DNA of 7,614 nucleotides from a virus (Duplodnaviria; Heunggongvirae; Uroviricota; Caudoviricetes): IMG/VR virus record IMGVR_UViG_2585427735_000018, positions 1 to 7,614 of that record; one strand, 5' to 3'. Shown piece by piece: positions 1 to 6,565 of this stretch (position 1 is its first letter; each line of letters starts with the position of its first letter). The notes under the pieces were generated by a model. It saw only the letters and a program-made list of their open reading frames with translations, ran no database searches and was not told where the DNA came from. The position numbers and the translations under genes were made by a program.

Positions 1-126
1 GGTACGCACCAGAAAATCATTGATATGGCCATGAATGGCGTTGGATGCCGGGCAACCGCCCGCATTATGGGCGTTGGCCTCAACACGATTTTCCGCCATT
101 TAAAAAACTCAGGCCGCAGTCGGTAA
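1..126 (+). CDS. insA: IS1 InsA, C-terminal fragment (5' end outside window)
   Basis: Frame 1 translates to [41 protein letters not shown], matching the InsA C-terminus as I recall it; stop taa at 124-126; the -1 frameshift motif AAAAAAC lies at 102-108. Confidence 0.85.
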   Translation, partial: GTHQKIIDMAMNGVGCRATARIMGVGLNTIFRHLKNSGRSR

Positions 127-548
127 CCTCGCGCATACAGCCGGGCAGTGACGTCATCGTCTGCGCGGAAATGGACGAACAGTGGGGCTACGTCGGGGCT
201 AAATCGCGCCAGCGCTGGCTGTTTTACGCGTATGACAGGCTCCGGAAGACGGTTGTTGCGCACGTATTCGGTGAACGCACTATGGCGACGCTGGGGCGTC
301 TTATGAGCCTGCTGTCACCCTTTGACGTGGTGATATGGATGACGGATGGCTGGCCGCTGTATGAATCCCGCCTGAAGGGAAAGCTGCACGTAATCAGCAA
401 GCGATATACGCAGCGAATTGAGCGGCATAACCTGAATCTGAGGCAGCACCTGGCACGGCTGGGACGGAAGTCGCTGTCGTTCTCAAAATCGGTGGAGCTG
501 CATGACAAAGTCATCGGGCATTATCTGAACATAAAACACTATCAATAA
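45..548 (+). CDS. insB: IS1 transposase InsB frame (expressed in IS1 as the InsAB' fusion by -1 frameshifting)
   Basis: 167-aa [28 protein letters not shown]...HYLNIKHYQ, recognised as IS1 InsB; it is in the -1 frame relative to insA and ends 15 bp before the IS1 terminus. Confidence 0.92.
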   Translation: MPGNRPHYGRWPQHDFPPFKKLRPQSVTSRIQPGSDVIVCAEMDEQWGYVGAKSRQRWLFYAYDRLRKTVVAHVFGERTMATLGRLMSLLSPFDVVIWMTDGWPLYESRLKGKLHVISKRYTQRIERHNLNLRQHLARLGRKSLSFSKSVELHDKVIGHYLNIKHYQ

Positions 549-563
549 GTTGGAGTCATTACC

Positions 564-1438
564 AAGCAAGGCTTCTCTATAAACATGCACATCCAAATAT
601 TGTGCAAGTTCAGTATGCTGCTCAATGTGAGAGCAATATCTATATAGCCATGCCATTTTATCATAATGGTTCGCTAAACCAATTAATAAAAAAGATTAAT
701 CTTACGAGCAGGGAGATAATACGGTATTCTATTCAATTTTTAAGTGGGCTTTATCATATACACTCAAAAGGTCTTATGCATTTTGATATAAAACCTAATA
801 ACATCATGATATCAAACAGAAATGAGGCCATGCTATCTGACTTTGGATTGTCTCAGTTAGTCAATGAGGAATCGAGAGCTGCGCCTGAGTTTGGATATCA
901 TTTTCATGTGCCACCGGAATATTTTTCTTTATCAACAAATGATTATAATTTCACATATGACATATATCAGGCAGGATTAACCATATATAGAATGTGTGTT
1001 GGATATGATAATTTTGAAAGAGAAAGATCTGCATTTAGAACGATTGAACAACTCAGAGAGTCGATAATTAATGGCTCCTATCCATTAAAAGAGTATCCTT
1101 CCCACATACATAAAAAATTGATAACAATAGTAAACAAATGCATTCATGTAGATCCAAATGAAAGATATCAATCCGTACTAGACGTACTAAACGATCTCTC
1201 AGCTATAAGTGATGGCGTTCTTGACTGGCGTCTACAGATGACAAAACCAACTAACGGCACATATGAATGGCAAAAAAAGTCTGAGGACGTTATACTGTCT
1301 ATAGTTTTTGACGCAGAAAATTCGTCTACTACTGGTTTTCGTTTATACGATGGTGGGCGGAAAAGGCGTGCTACGAACTTAACAATATCCTCAGGATGTA
1401 CCCCTACAAAACTGTATAGGTTATTAAAGGATAACTGA
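564..1438 (+). pseudogene. Eukaryotic-like (Hanks-type) Ser/Thr protein kinase, N-terminally truncated by the IS1 insertion
   Basis: The frame is open right up to the IS1 end and reads ARLLYKHAHPNIVQVQY... (subdomain IV/V), then HFDIKPNN (catalytic loop), SDFGLS (DFG), HVPPEY (APE-like) and DPNERY (subdomain XI Arg). The glycine loop, VAIK lysine and alphaC Glu are absent. The first in-frame start is GTG at 602. AT-rich, roughly 32% GC by eye. Confidence 0.8.
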
Positions 1439-1440
1439 TC

Positions 1441-1605
1441 ATGAAAAAGTGCGAGGAAGTAAGTAAGCTGCCTCGCAGACGTGATGCAGCATTAGCGGTT
1501 CCCTACAAAAAAGATGAGTTCATAAGCTCTTCTGATGACAAAAAATTTTCAAAGGCAAAAAATTTTGCATCTACATCTCTAAAAGATAAATACTTTAAGA
1601 TCTAG
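1441..1605 (+). CDS. Hypothetical lysine-rich small protein (54 aa) coupled to the kinase gene
   Basis: ATG lies 2 nt after the kinase stop (taacTGAtcATG) with AAGGA 9 nt upstream. Translation MKKCEEVSKLPRRRDAALAVPYKKDEFISSSDDKKFSKAKNFASTSLKDKYFKI. Same AT-rich composition as the kinase; a terminator follows its stop directly. Absent from the ORF track because it is under 60 aa. Confidence 0.5.
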   Translation: MKKCEEVSKLPRRRDAALAVPYKKDEFISSSDDKKFSKAKNFASTSLKDKYFKI

Positions 1606-1632
1606 CCCGGCCACCGTGCCGGGTTTTCTTTT
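1605..1632 (+). terminator. Intrinsic terminator closing the kinase/small-ORF unit (tImm-like position)
   Basis: GC stem CCCGGC(1606-1611)/GCCGGG(1618-1623) with a 6-nt loop, followed by TTTTCTTTT (1624-1632). Confidence 0.6.
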
Positions 1633-1775
1633 GTCCCCTCCCCTCATCACACAAACCGTTCGAAAAACCACCACAACCTCCCTTCAGTTATCGCTATGCG
1701 ATGCAAGTCACAAAATTAATTCTTTTTGCTATCAAACAGTTAATATCAAAACACATCAATCAATAGCAATAAGTA

Positions 1776-1804
1776 TTGATACCACCAATAGCAATAGCTA
1801 TTAT
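1776..1804 (+). promoter_or_regulatory. Candidate sigma70 early promoter with overlapping operator-like repeats (pL/oL-equivalent)
   Basis: TTGATA (1776-1781), 17-bp spacer, TATTAT (1799-1804). An 11-bp direct repeat CAATAGCAATA sits at 1761-1771 and 1786-1796, and a perfect 10-bp palindrome AATAGCTATT (1793-1802) overlaps the -10. It faces the early gene block. Confidence 0.4.
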
Positions 1805-2081
1805 TACCATGTCGCAACAACACAACGATACGGCAACCGCCTGATTCACCGTTGCGATGACCGCTTAGATCCGCAGCTTGAATTTCGGCAGGCTCCGGGG
1901 AGTGCGAGGGGTGAAACGGACGCGTGAACGTCGGTGTAACCAGCTGAAATCAACTCAACACCTCATACCTCAGTCGCTTCAACGAGGCGGCTTAGTTATG
2001 ACAACCGGCGGCCATCCACCGCCTGAATACGCGCAGAAGTCTCTATATGTTCAGCAGCCCAGCTTACGGGCAGGAGTTTTT

Positions 2082-2288
2082 ATGGTTCATCAACATTATG
2101 GAACGCAGACCGTTAATCGAGGTGCGGTCATGCCAGGAATGCTGGTCAAACACAAAGATGGTACCTGGACTGCATCAGCTAATTTACGCGGACGGCTTTA
2201 TCTGCATCGCGGCATCGAGCGCACTTATACCCGTGATTTGCTCGTGGAAGTTTTTCTCGACGGACGCGGTAACGGCCTGAATCACTAA
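2082..2288 (+). CDS. Hypothetical early protein at the kil position (68 aa from the SD-supported ATG; the frame is open from 1878, alternative ATG at 1998)
   Basis: AGGAG (2072-2076) lies 5 nt before ATG 2082. The stop (2286-2288) sits 76 nt upstream of the gam ATG, where I recall the lambda kil stop to be; sequence identity to lambda appears to begin only at about 2282. No similarity to a known family recognised. Confidence 0.4.
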   Translation: MVHQHYGTQTVNRGAVMPGMLVKHKDGTWTASANLRGRLYLHRGIERTYTRDLLVEVFLDGRGNGLNH

Positions 2289-2363
2289 TCCCCTTTCCTG
2301 TTTTCCTAATCAGCCTGGCATTTCGCGGGCGATATTTTCACAGCCATTTTCAGGAGGTCAGCC

Positions 2364-2660
2364 ATGAACGCTTATTACATTCAGGATCGTCTTGAGGCTC
2401 AGAGCTGGGCGCGTCACTACCAGCAGATCGCCCGTGAAGAGAAAGAGGCAGAACTGGCAGACGACATGGAAAAAGGCCTGCCCCAGCACCTGTTTGAATC
2501 GCTATGCATCGATCATTTGCAACGCCACGGGGCCAGCAAAAAAGCCATTACCCGTGCGTTTGATGACGATGTTGAGTTTCAGGAGCGCATGGCAGAACAC
2601 ATCCAGTACATGGTTGAAACCATTGCTCACCACCAGGTTGATATTGATTCAGAGGTATAA
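2364..2660 (+). CDS. gam: Gam, host RecBCD nuclease inhibitor (short 98-aa form)
   Basis: [21 protein letters not shown]...[10 protein letters not shown] matches lambda Gam from memory; AGGAGG SD 5 nt upstream. An in-frame stop at 2307 closes the long-form N-terminal extension. Confidence 0.95.
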   Translation: MNAYYIQDRLEAQSWARHYQQIAREEKEAELADDMEKGLPQHLFESLCIDHLQRHGASKKAITRAFDDDVEFQERMAEHIQYMVETIAHHQVDIDSEV

Positions 2661-2665
2661 AACGG

Positions 2666-3451
2666 ATGAGTACAGCACTCGCAACGCTGGCAGGGAAGCT
2701 GGCTGAACGTGTCGGCATGGATTCTGTCGACCCACAGGAACTGATCACCACTCTTCGCCAGACGGCATTTAAAGGTGATGCCAGCGATGCGCAGTTCATC
2801 GCATTACTGATCGTTGCCAACCAGTACGGCCTTAATCCATGGACGAAAGAAATTTACGCCTTTCCTGATAAGCAGAATGGCATCGTTCCGGAGGTGGGCG
2901 TTGATGGCTGGTCCCGCATCATCAATGAAAACCAGCAGTTTGATGGCATGGACTTTGAGCAGGACAACGAATCCTGTACATGCCGGATTTACCGCAAGGA
3001 CCGCAATCATCCGATCTGCGTTACCGAGTGGATGGATGAATGCCGCCGCGAACCATTCAAAACCCGCGAAGGCAGAGAAATTACGGGGCCGTGGCAGTCG
3101 CATCCCAAACGGATGTTACGGCATAAAGCCATGATTCAGTGTGCCCGTCTGGCCTTCGGATTTGCTGGTATCTATGACAAGGATGAAGCCGAGCGCATTG
3201 TCGAAAATACCGCATACACTGCAGAACGTCAGCCGGAACGCGACATCACTCCGGTTAACGATGAAACCATGCAGGAGATTAACACTCTGCTGATTGCCCT
3301 GGATAAAACATGGGATGACGACTTATTGCCGCTCTGTTCCCAGATATTTCGCCGCGACATTCGCGCATCGTCAGAACTGACACAGGCCGAAGCAGTGAAA
3401 GCTCTTGGATTCCTGAAACAGAAAGCCTCTGAGCAGAAGGTGGCTGCATGA
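2666..3451 (+). CDS. bet: Bet (Red beta) single-strand annealing protein
   Basis: 261 aa, [59 protein letters not shown]..., recognised as lambda Red beta; stop overlaps the exo start (ATGA). Confidence 0.95.
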   Translation: MSTALATLAGKLAERVGMDSVDPQELITTLRQTAFKGDASDAQFIALLIVANQYGLNPWTKEIYAFPDKQNGIVPEVGVDGWSRIINENQQFDGMDFEQDNESCTCRIYRKDRNHPICVTEWMDECRREPFKTREGREITGPWQSHPKRMLRHKAMIQCARLAFGFAGIYDKDEAERIVENTAYTAERQPERDITPVNDETMQEINTLLIALDKTWDDDLLPLCSQIFRRDIRASSELTQAEAVKALGFLKQKASEQKVAA

Positions 3452-4128
3452 CACCGGACATTATCCTGCAGCGTACCGGGATCGACGTGAGAGCTGTCGA
3501 ACAGGGAGATGATGCGTGGAACAAATTACGACTCGGCGTCATCACGGCTTCAGAAGTTCACAATGTGATAGCAAAACCCCGCTCCGGAAAAAAGTGGCCT
3601 GACATGAAAATGTCCTACTTTCACACCCTGCTGGCTGAGATTTGCACCGGTGTGGCTCCGGAAGTTAACGCTAAGGCGCTGGCCTGGGGAAAACAGTACG
3701 AGAATGACGCCAGAGCCCTGTTTGAGTTTACTTCCGGCGTGAATGTTACTGAATCCCCGATCATCTATCGCGACGAAAGTATGCGCACCGCCTGCTCTCC
3801 CGATGGTTTATGCAGTGACGGCAACGGCCTTGAACTGAAATGCCCGTTTACCTCCCGGGATTTCATGAAATTCCGGCTCGGTGGTTTCGAGGCAATAAAA
3901 TCGGCTTACATGGCCCAGGTGCAGTACAGCATGTGGGTGACGCGAAAAGATGCCTGGTACTTTGCCAACTATGACCCGCGTATGAAGCGTGAAGGCCTGC
4001 ATTATGTCGTGATTGAGCGGAATGAAAAGTATATAGCGAGTTTTGACGAGATGGTGCCGGAGTTCATCGAAAAAATGGACGAGGCACTGGCTGAAATTGG
4101 TTTTGTATTTGGGGAGCAATGGCGATGA
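3448..4128 (+). CDS. exo: Exo (Red alpha) 5'-3' dsDNA exonuclease
   Basis: 226 aa, [40 protein letters not shown]...GEQWR, recognised as lambda exonuclease. Confidence 0.95.
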   Translation: MTPDIILQRTGIDVRAVEQGDDAWNKLRLGVITASEVHNVIAKPRSGKKWPDMKMSYFHTLLAEICTGVAPEVNAKALAWGKQYENDARALFEFTSGVNVTESPIIYRDESMRTACSPDGLCSDGNGLELKCPFTSRDFMKFRLGGFEAIKSAYMAQVQYSMWVTRKDAWYFANYDPRMKREGLHYVVIERNEKYIASFDEMVPEFIEKMDEALAEIGFVFGEQWR

Positions 4129-4307
4129 AACATCCTCACGATAATATCCGCGTAGGCACGATCACTTTCGTCTACTCCGTTACGAAGCGAGGCTGGGTAT
4201 TTCCCGGCCTTTCTGTTATCCGAAATCCCCTGAAAGCACAGCGGCTGGCTGAGGAGATAAATAATAAACGGGGAGCTGTATGCACAAAGCATCTCCCGTT
4301 GAGTTAA
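4125..4307 (+). CDS. Lambda orf60a-like small protein
   Basis: [60 protein letters not shown]; ATG overlaps the exo stop (ATGA) with GGGGAG upstream. An alternative ATG at 4119 would give 62 aa. Confidence 0.75.
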   Translation: MKHPHDNIRVGTITFVYSVTKRGWVFPGLSVIRNPLKAQRLAEEINNKRGAVCTKHLPLS

Positions 4308-4471
4308 GAACGAGTATCGAGATGGCACATAGCCTCGCTCAAATTGGAGTCAGGTTTGTGCCAATACCAGTAGAAACAGACGAAGAATTTCATACGTTAG
4401 CCGCATCCCTTTCACAAAAGCTGGAAATGATGGTGGCGAAAGCAGAAGCAGATGAGAGAGACCAGGTATGA
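4280..4471 (+). CDS. Lambda orf63-like small protein
   Basis: 63 aa, [63 protein letters not shown]; same position and size as lambda orf63. Confidence 0.8.
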   Translation: MHKASPVELRTSIEMAHSLAQIGVRFVPIPVETDEEFHTLAASLSQKLEMMVAKAEADERDQV

Positions 4472-4763
4472 CAACCACGGAATGCATTTTTCTGGCAGCG
4501 GGCTTCATATTCTGTGTGCTTATGCTTGCCGACATGGGACTTGTTCAATGACACCTCAGCAGGAAAACGCCCTTCGCAGCATTGCCCGTCAGGCTAATTC
4601 TGAAATCAAAAAAGCCAGACAGCAGTTTCCGGATAAAAACGTCGATGACATTTGCCGTAGCGTACTGAAGAAGCACCGCGAAACGGTAACGCTGATGGGA
4701 TTCACACCGACTCATTTAAGCCTGGCGATCGGCATGTTAAACGGCGTCTTTAAGGAACGGTGA
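4452..4763 (+). CDS. Hypothetical protein at the lambda orf61 position (start ambiguous: 4452 gives 103 aa, 4548 gives 71 aa)
   Basis: The open frame overlaps the orf63 end by 20 nt, as I recall for lambda orf61. The C-terminal 71 aa (MTPQQENALRSIARQANSEIKKARQQFPDKNVDDICRSVLKK...) look protein-like; the N-terminal 32 aa do not. Confidence 0.55.
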   Translation: MRETRYDNHGMHFSGSGLHILCAYACRHGTCSMTPQQENALRSIARQANSEIKKARQQFPDKNVDDICRSVLKKHRETVTLMGFTPTHLSLAIGMLNGVFKER

Positions 4764-4784
4764 ACATGAAAAGCAAAATCATCA

Positions 4785-4808
4785 GGGAGCTACAGGCTCC
4801 TTTTTTAT
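4785..4808 (+). terminator. Candidate intrinsic terminator between the orf61-like gene and orf73
   Basis: Stem GGAGC(4786-4790)/GCTCC(4796-4800) with a 5-nt loop, then TTTTTTATT (4801-4809). Confidence 0.5.
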
Positions 4809-4861
4809 TGTTCGCATTCATCCTCAAGCGTATTAACCAACAATTCAGGGATTAATGGAAG

Positions 4862-5083
4862 ATGGCAGACATCATTGATTCGGCATCAGAAATCGAAGAA
4901 TTACAGCGCAATACAGCAATAAAAATGCGTCGTCTGAACTACCAGACTGTATCCGCAACTCATTGTTGTGAGTGTGGCGATCCGATAGATGAACGAAGAC
5001 GCCTGGTCGTTCAGGGTTGTCGGACTTGTGCAAGTTGCCAGGAGGATCTGGAGCTTATCAGTAAACAGAGAGGTTCGAAGTGA
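4862..5083 (+). CDS. TraR/DksA-family C4 zinc-finger protein (lambda orf73-like)
   Basis: 73 aa with two CxxC pairs (HCCECGDPIDERRRLVVQGCRTCASC), the TraR/DksA zinc-finger signature; same position as the TraR-like orf73 I recall in lambda. Confidence 0.8.
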   Translation: MADIIDSASEIEELQRNTAIKMRRLNYQTVSATHCCECGDPIDERRRLVVQGCRTCASCQEDLELISKQRGSK

Positions 5084-5236
5084 GCGAAATTAACTAGAAG
5101 CCAAAGATAAAATCATCGCTGAGCAGGAGAAAATCGCTAACGGAGAAAAGACAGTAAGTCAGTATATGAAAACCGCATGATATCATCAGATAAAAATCGG
5201 TCGTAAAGCGAAATATTAATACCAGAACAAACGAGT

Positions 5237-5258
5237 CGAGGTAAATTATATTACCTCG
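5237..5258. terminator. Strong hairpin between convergent genes (possible bidirectional terminator)
   Basis: 8-bp stem CGAGGTAA(5237-5244)/TTACCTCG(5251-5258) with loop ATTATA, in the gap between the orf73 stop (5083) and the minus-strand ORF stop (5294). Flanks are A/T-rich but lack a clean T-run. Confidence 0.4.
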
Positions 5259-5293
5259 ATAAATTAACTAAAACTTGCCCGCTATATACTATA

Positions 5294-5896
5294 TCATTCA
5301 GTATCATCACGCGCGGTCTGTGCATATGTCACTACCGCACCTAATATATTAATTTTCTTTTCAACATAGATAATATTATCGTACTCATAATTGCCATACG
5401 GATAGCAAATGCGAATATTCTCATGTAGATCGGGGTCATCCACCTCAGCTCCAGAACAACTTTTTGAACTACCGGAAGTATACCGATACGGTGCAACATA
5501 AGACGATGTCTCTCCAGGCAAAAAATAAGTTAGTGTCGTAAGGGGTATAATCAGAAAAAATCCAGCAAATATGCACATCCCTGCATAAACCTTAAGGTAT
5601 GCTGACAGACTCTTCCAGCCTCTTTGTTTTACTATCCCCTTCTTAACCCAAAACAGAGATAACAGAAAAGCTATTCCCATGCTAAACAGAATGTAATAGT
5701 GGGATATACTCTGATTAAGAAACGTGACCCTGTAGATATCTGCCCGCCACCAGAAGAAAAGGAAAATAAAGATCAGCCCTGAAACTGTCATGCAAATCAA
5801 ATAAGGATACGAATCTTTTTTCATGTTTAGCGCCCATAAAATTTTTCCTGACCCGGACAAATTTACCATCCATTTTTTGCGCAGAAAATAGCTCAT
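5294..5896 (-). CDS. Hypothetical integral membrane protein (3 predicted TM helices plus a Cys-containing C-terminal domain)
   Basis: 200-aa ORF on the opposite strand to all phage genes. Hydrophobic segments YPYLICMTVSGLIFIFLFFWW, ISHYYILFSMGIAFLLSLFWV and YAGMCIFAGFFLIIPLTTLTYFL, then a hydrophilic tail of about 75 aa. AT-rich with 23% GC in places. Start uncertain (ATG at 5896, 5869 or 5824; none has a strong SD). Confidence 0.55.
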   Translation of the reverse strand: MSYFLRKKWMVNLSGSGKILWALNMKKDSYPYLICMTVSGLIFIFLFFWWRADIYRVTFLNQSISHYYILFSMGIAFLLSLFWVKKGIVKQRGWKSLSAYLKVYAGMCIFAGFFLIIPLTTLTYFLPGETSSYVAPYRYTSGSSKSCSGAEVDDPDLHENIRICYPYGNYEYDNIIYVEKKINILGAVVTYAQTARDDTE

Positions 5897-6068
5897 TACT
5901 TACTGCACAATAATACACAAAATTGCGTAAATTTTTTGCATGGATTTTAGCTCTTTCAGCCGACATTTAAGGGGTAAATAGCATTTCCTAAAAGCAACTG
6001 CACCAACCCAACAGAATGGGCTACCGCTTACGTTGAGAGCAAAAAAGTGTATAGCAGCAATGAACAGC

Positions 6069-6097
6069 ATCCTCGCACTGACGAGGATTTCTTTTAT
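6069..6097 (+). terminator. Candidate intrinsic terminator
   Basis: Stem ATCCTCG(6069-6075)/CGAGGAT(6082-6088) with loop CACTGA, followed by TTCTTTTAT. Confidence 0.5.
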
Positions 6098-6299
6098 CTG
6101 AACTCGCTACGGCGGGGTTTTTTTTTTTGGAGATGATAAATACACTTCCCAGTCACAGGTGAATGGAATGGAGAACCATTCAACAGAGTTATCGAAGCCG
6201 AGAACATCAGCGACTGCTATGACCACTGGATGCTGTGGGCGCAGATAGCACATGCAGACGTAACCAATATTCGAATTGAAGAACTGAAAGAACACCAAG

Positions 6300-6319
6300 C
6301 CGCCTGATGGCGGTTTTTT
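6300..6319 (+). terminator. Candidate intrinsic terminator just upstream of xis
   Basis: Stem CCGCC(6300-6304)/GGCGG(6309-6313) with loop TGAT, followed by TTTTTT (6314-6319). Confidence 0.45.
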
Positions 6320-6346
6320 CTTGCGTGTAATTGCGGAGACTTTGCG

Positions 6347-6565
6347 ATGTACTTGACACTTCAGGAGTGGAACGCACGCCAGCGACGCCCAAGAAGCCTT
6401 GAAACAGTTCGTCGATGGGTACGCGAGTGCAGGATATTCCCTCCTCCGGTTAAGGATGGAAGAGAGTATCTGTTCCACGAATCAGCGGTAAAGGTTGACT
6501 TAAATCGACCAGTAACAGGTAGCCTTTTGAAGAGGATCAGAAATGGGAAGAAGGCGAAGTCATGA
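6347..6565 (+). CDS. xis: Excisionase Xis
   Basis: 72 aa, MYLTLQEWNARQRRPRSLETVRRWVRECRIFPPPVKDGREYLFHESAVKVDLNRPVTGSLLKRIRNGKKAKS, near-identical to lambda Xis as recalled; 3' end overlaps the int start by 23 nt. Confidence 0.95.
   Translation: MYLTLQEWNARQRRPRSLETVRRWVRECRIFPPPVKDGREYLFHESAVKVDLNRPVTGSLLKRIRNGKKAKS

Larger units (their letters stand above)
1..563 (+). mobile_element. IS1 insertion sequence, 3' portion (about 205 bp of the left end lie outside the window)
   Basis: Sequence ends with the characteristic IS1 terminus ...cactatcaataagttggagtcattacc at 563; contains the insA tail, the A6C slippery motif ttaaaaaac (100-108) and the complete insB frame. GC content is higher than the flanking kinase DNA. 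Confidence 0.95.

Noticed and set aside
224-514. 96-aa minus-strand ORF inside IS1
   Set aside because: Lies entirely antisense to the insB frame within a well-known element; not a recognised IS1 gene.
1863-1900. Search for a nutL-like boxA/boxB element in the early leader
   Set aside because: Only a weak boxA-like string (cgcttaga at 1863-1870) and no GNRA-looped boxB-type hairpin were found; insufficient to call.
1616-1927. 103-aa + strand ORF starting inside the terminator hairpin
   Set aside because: Begins with GTG inside the hairpin, has no SD, gives a low-complexity product and runs through the candidate promoter/operator region.
2047-2280. 77-aa alternative-frame ORF overlapping the kil-position ORF
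   Set aside because: No SD, and it overlaps the better-supported frame (AGGAG plus ATG at 2082) almost completely.
2307-2363. Long-form Gam N-terminal extension
   Set aside because: An in-frame stop at 2307-2309 and the absence of an upstream ATG mean only the 98-aa form starting at 2364 is supported here.
2392-4535. Alternative-frame and antisense ORFs over gam/bet/exo/orf60a/orf63 (2392-2706 +, 2548-2820 -, 2804-3103 -, 2814-3134 +, 3279-3545 -, 3808-4119 -, 4002-4328 -, 4350-4535 -)
   Set aside because: All are embedded in or antisense to confidently identified genes and lack independent support.
5715-5966. 83-aa minus-strand ORF overlapping the start of the membrane-protein gene
   Set aside because: Different frame from the 200-aa ORF it overlaps; no SD; more likely untranslated promoter/5' region.
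6107-6478. 123-aa and 61-aa minus-strand ORFs (6107-6478, 6207-6392) antisense to the ea8.5-like remnant and xis
   Set aside because: Antisense to xis, run through two terminator-like elements and have low-complexity N-termini.
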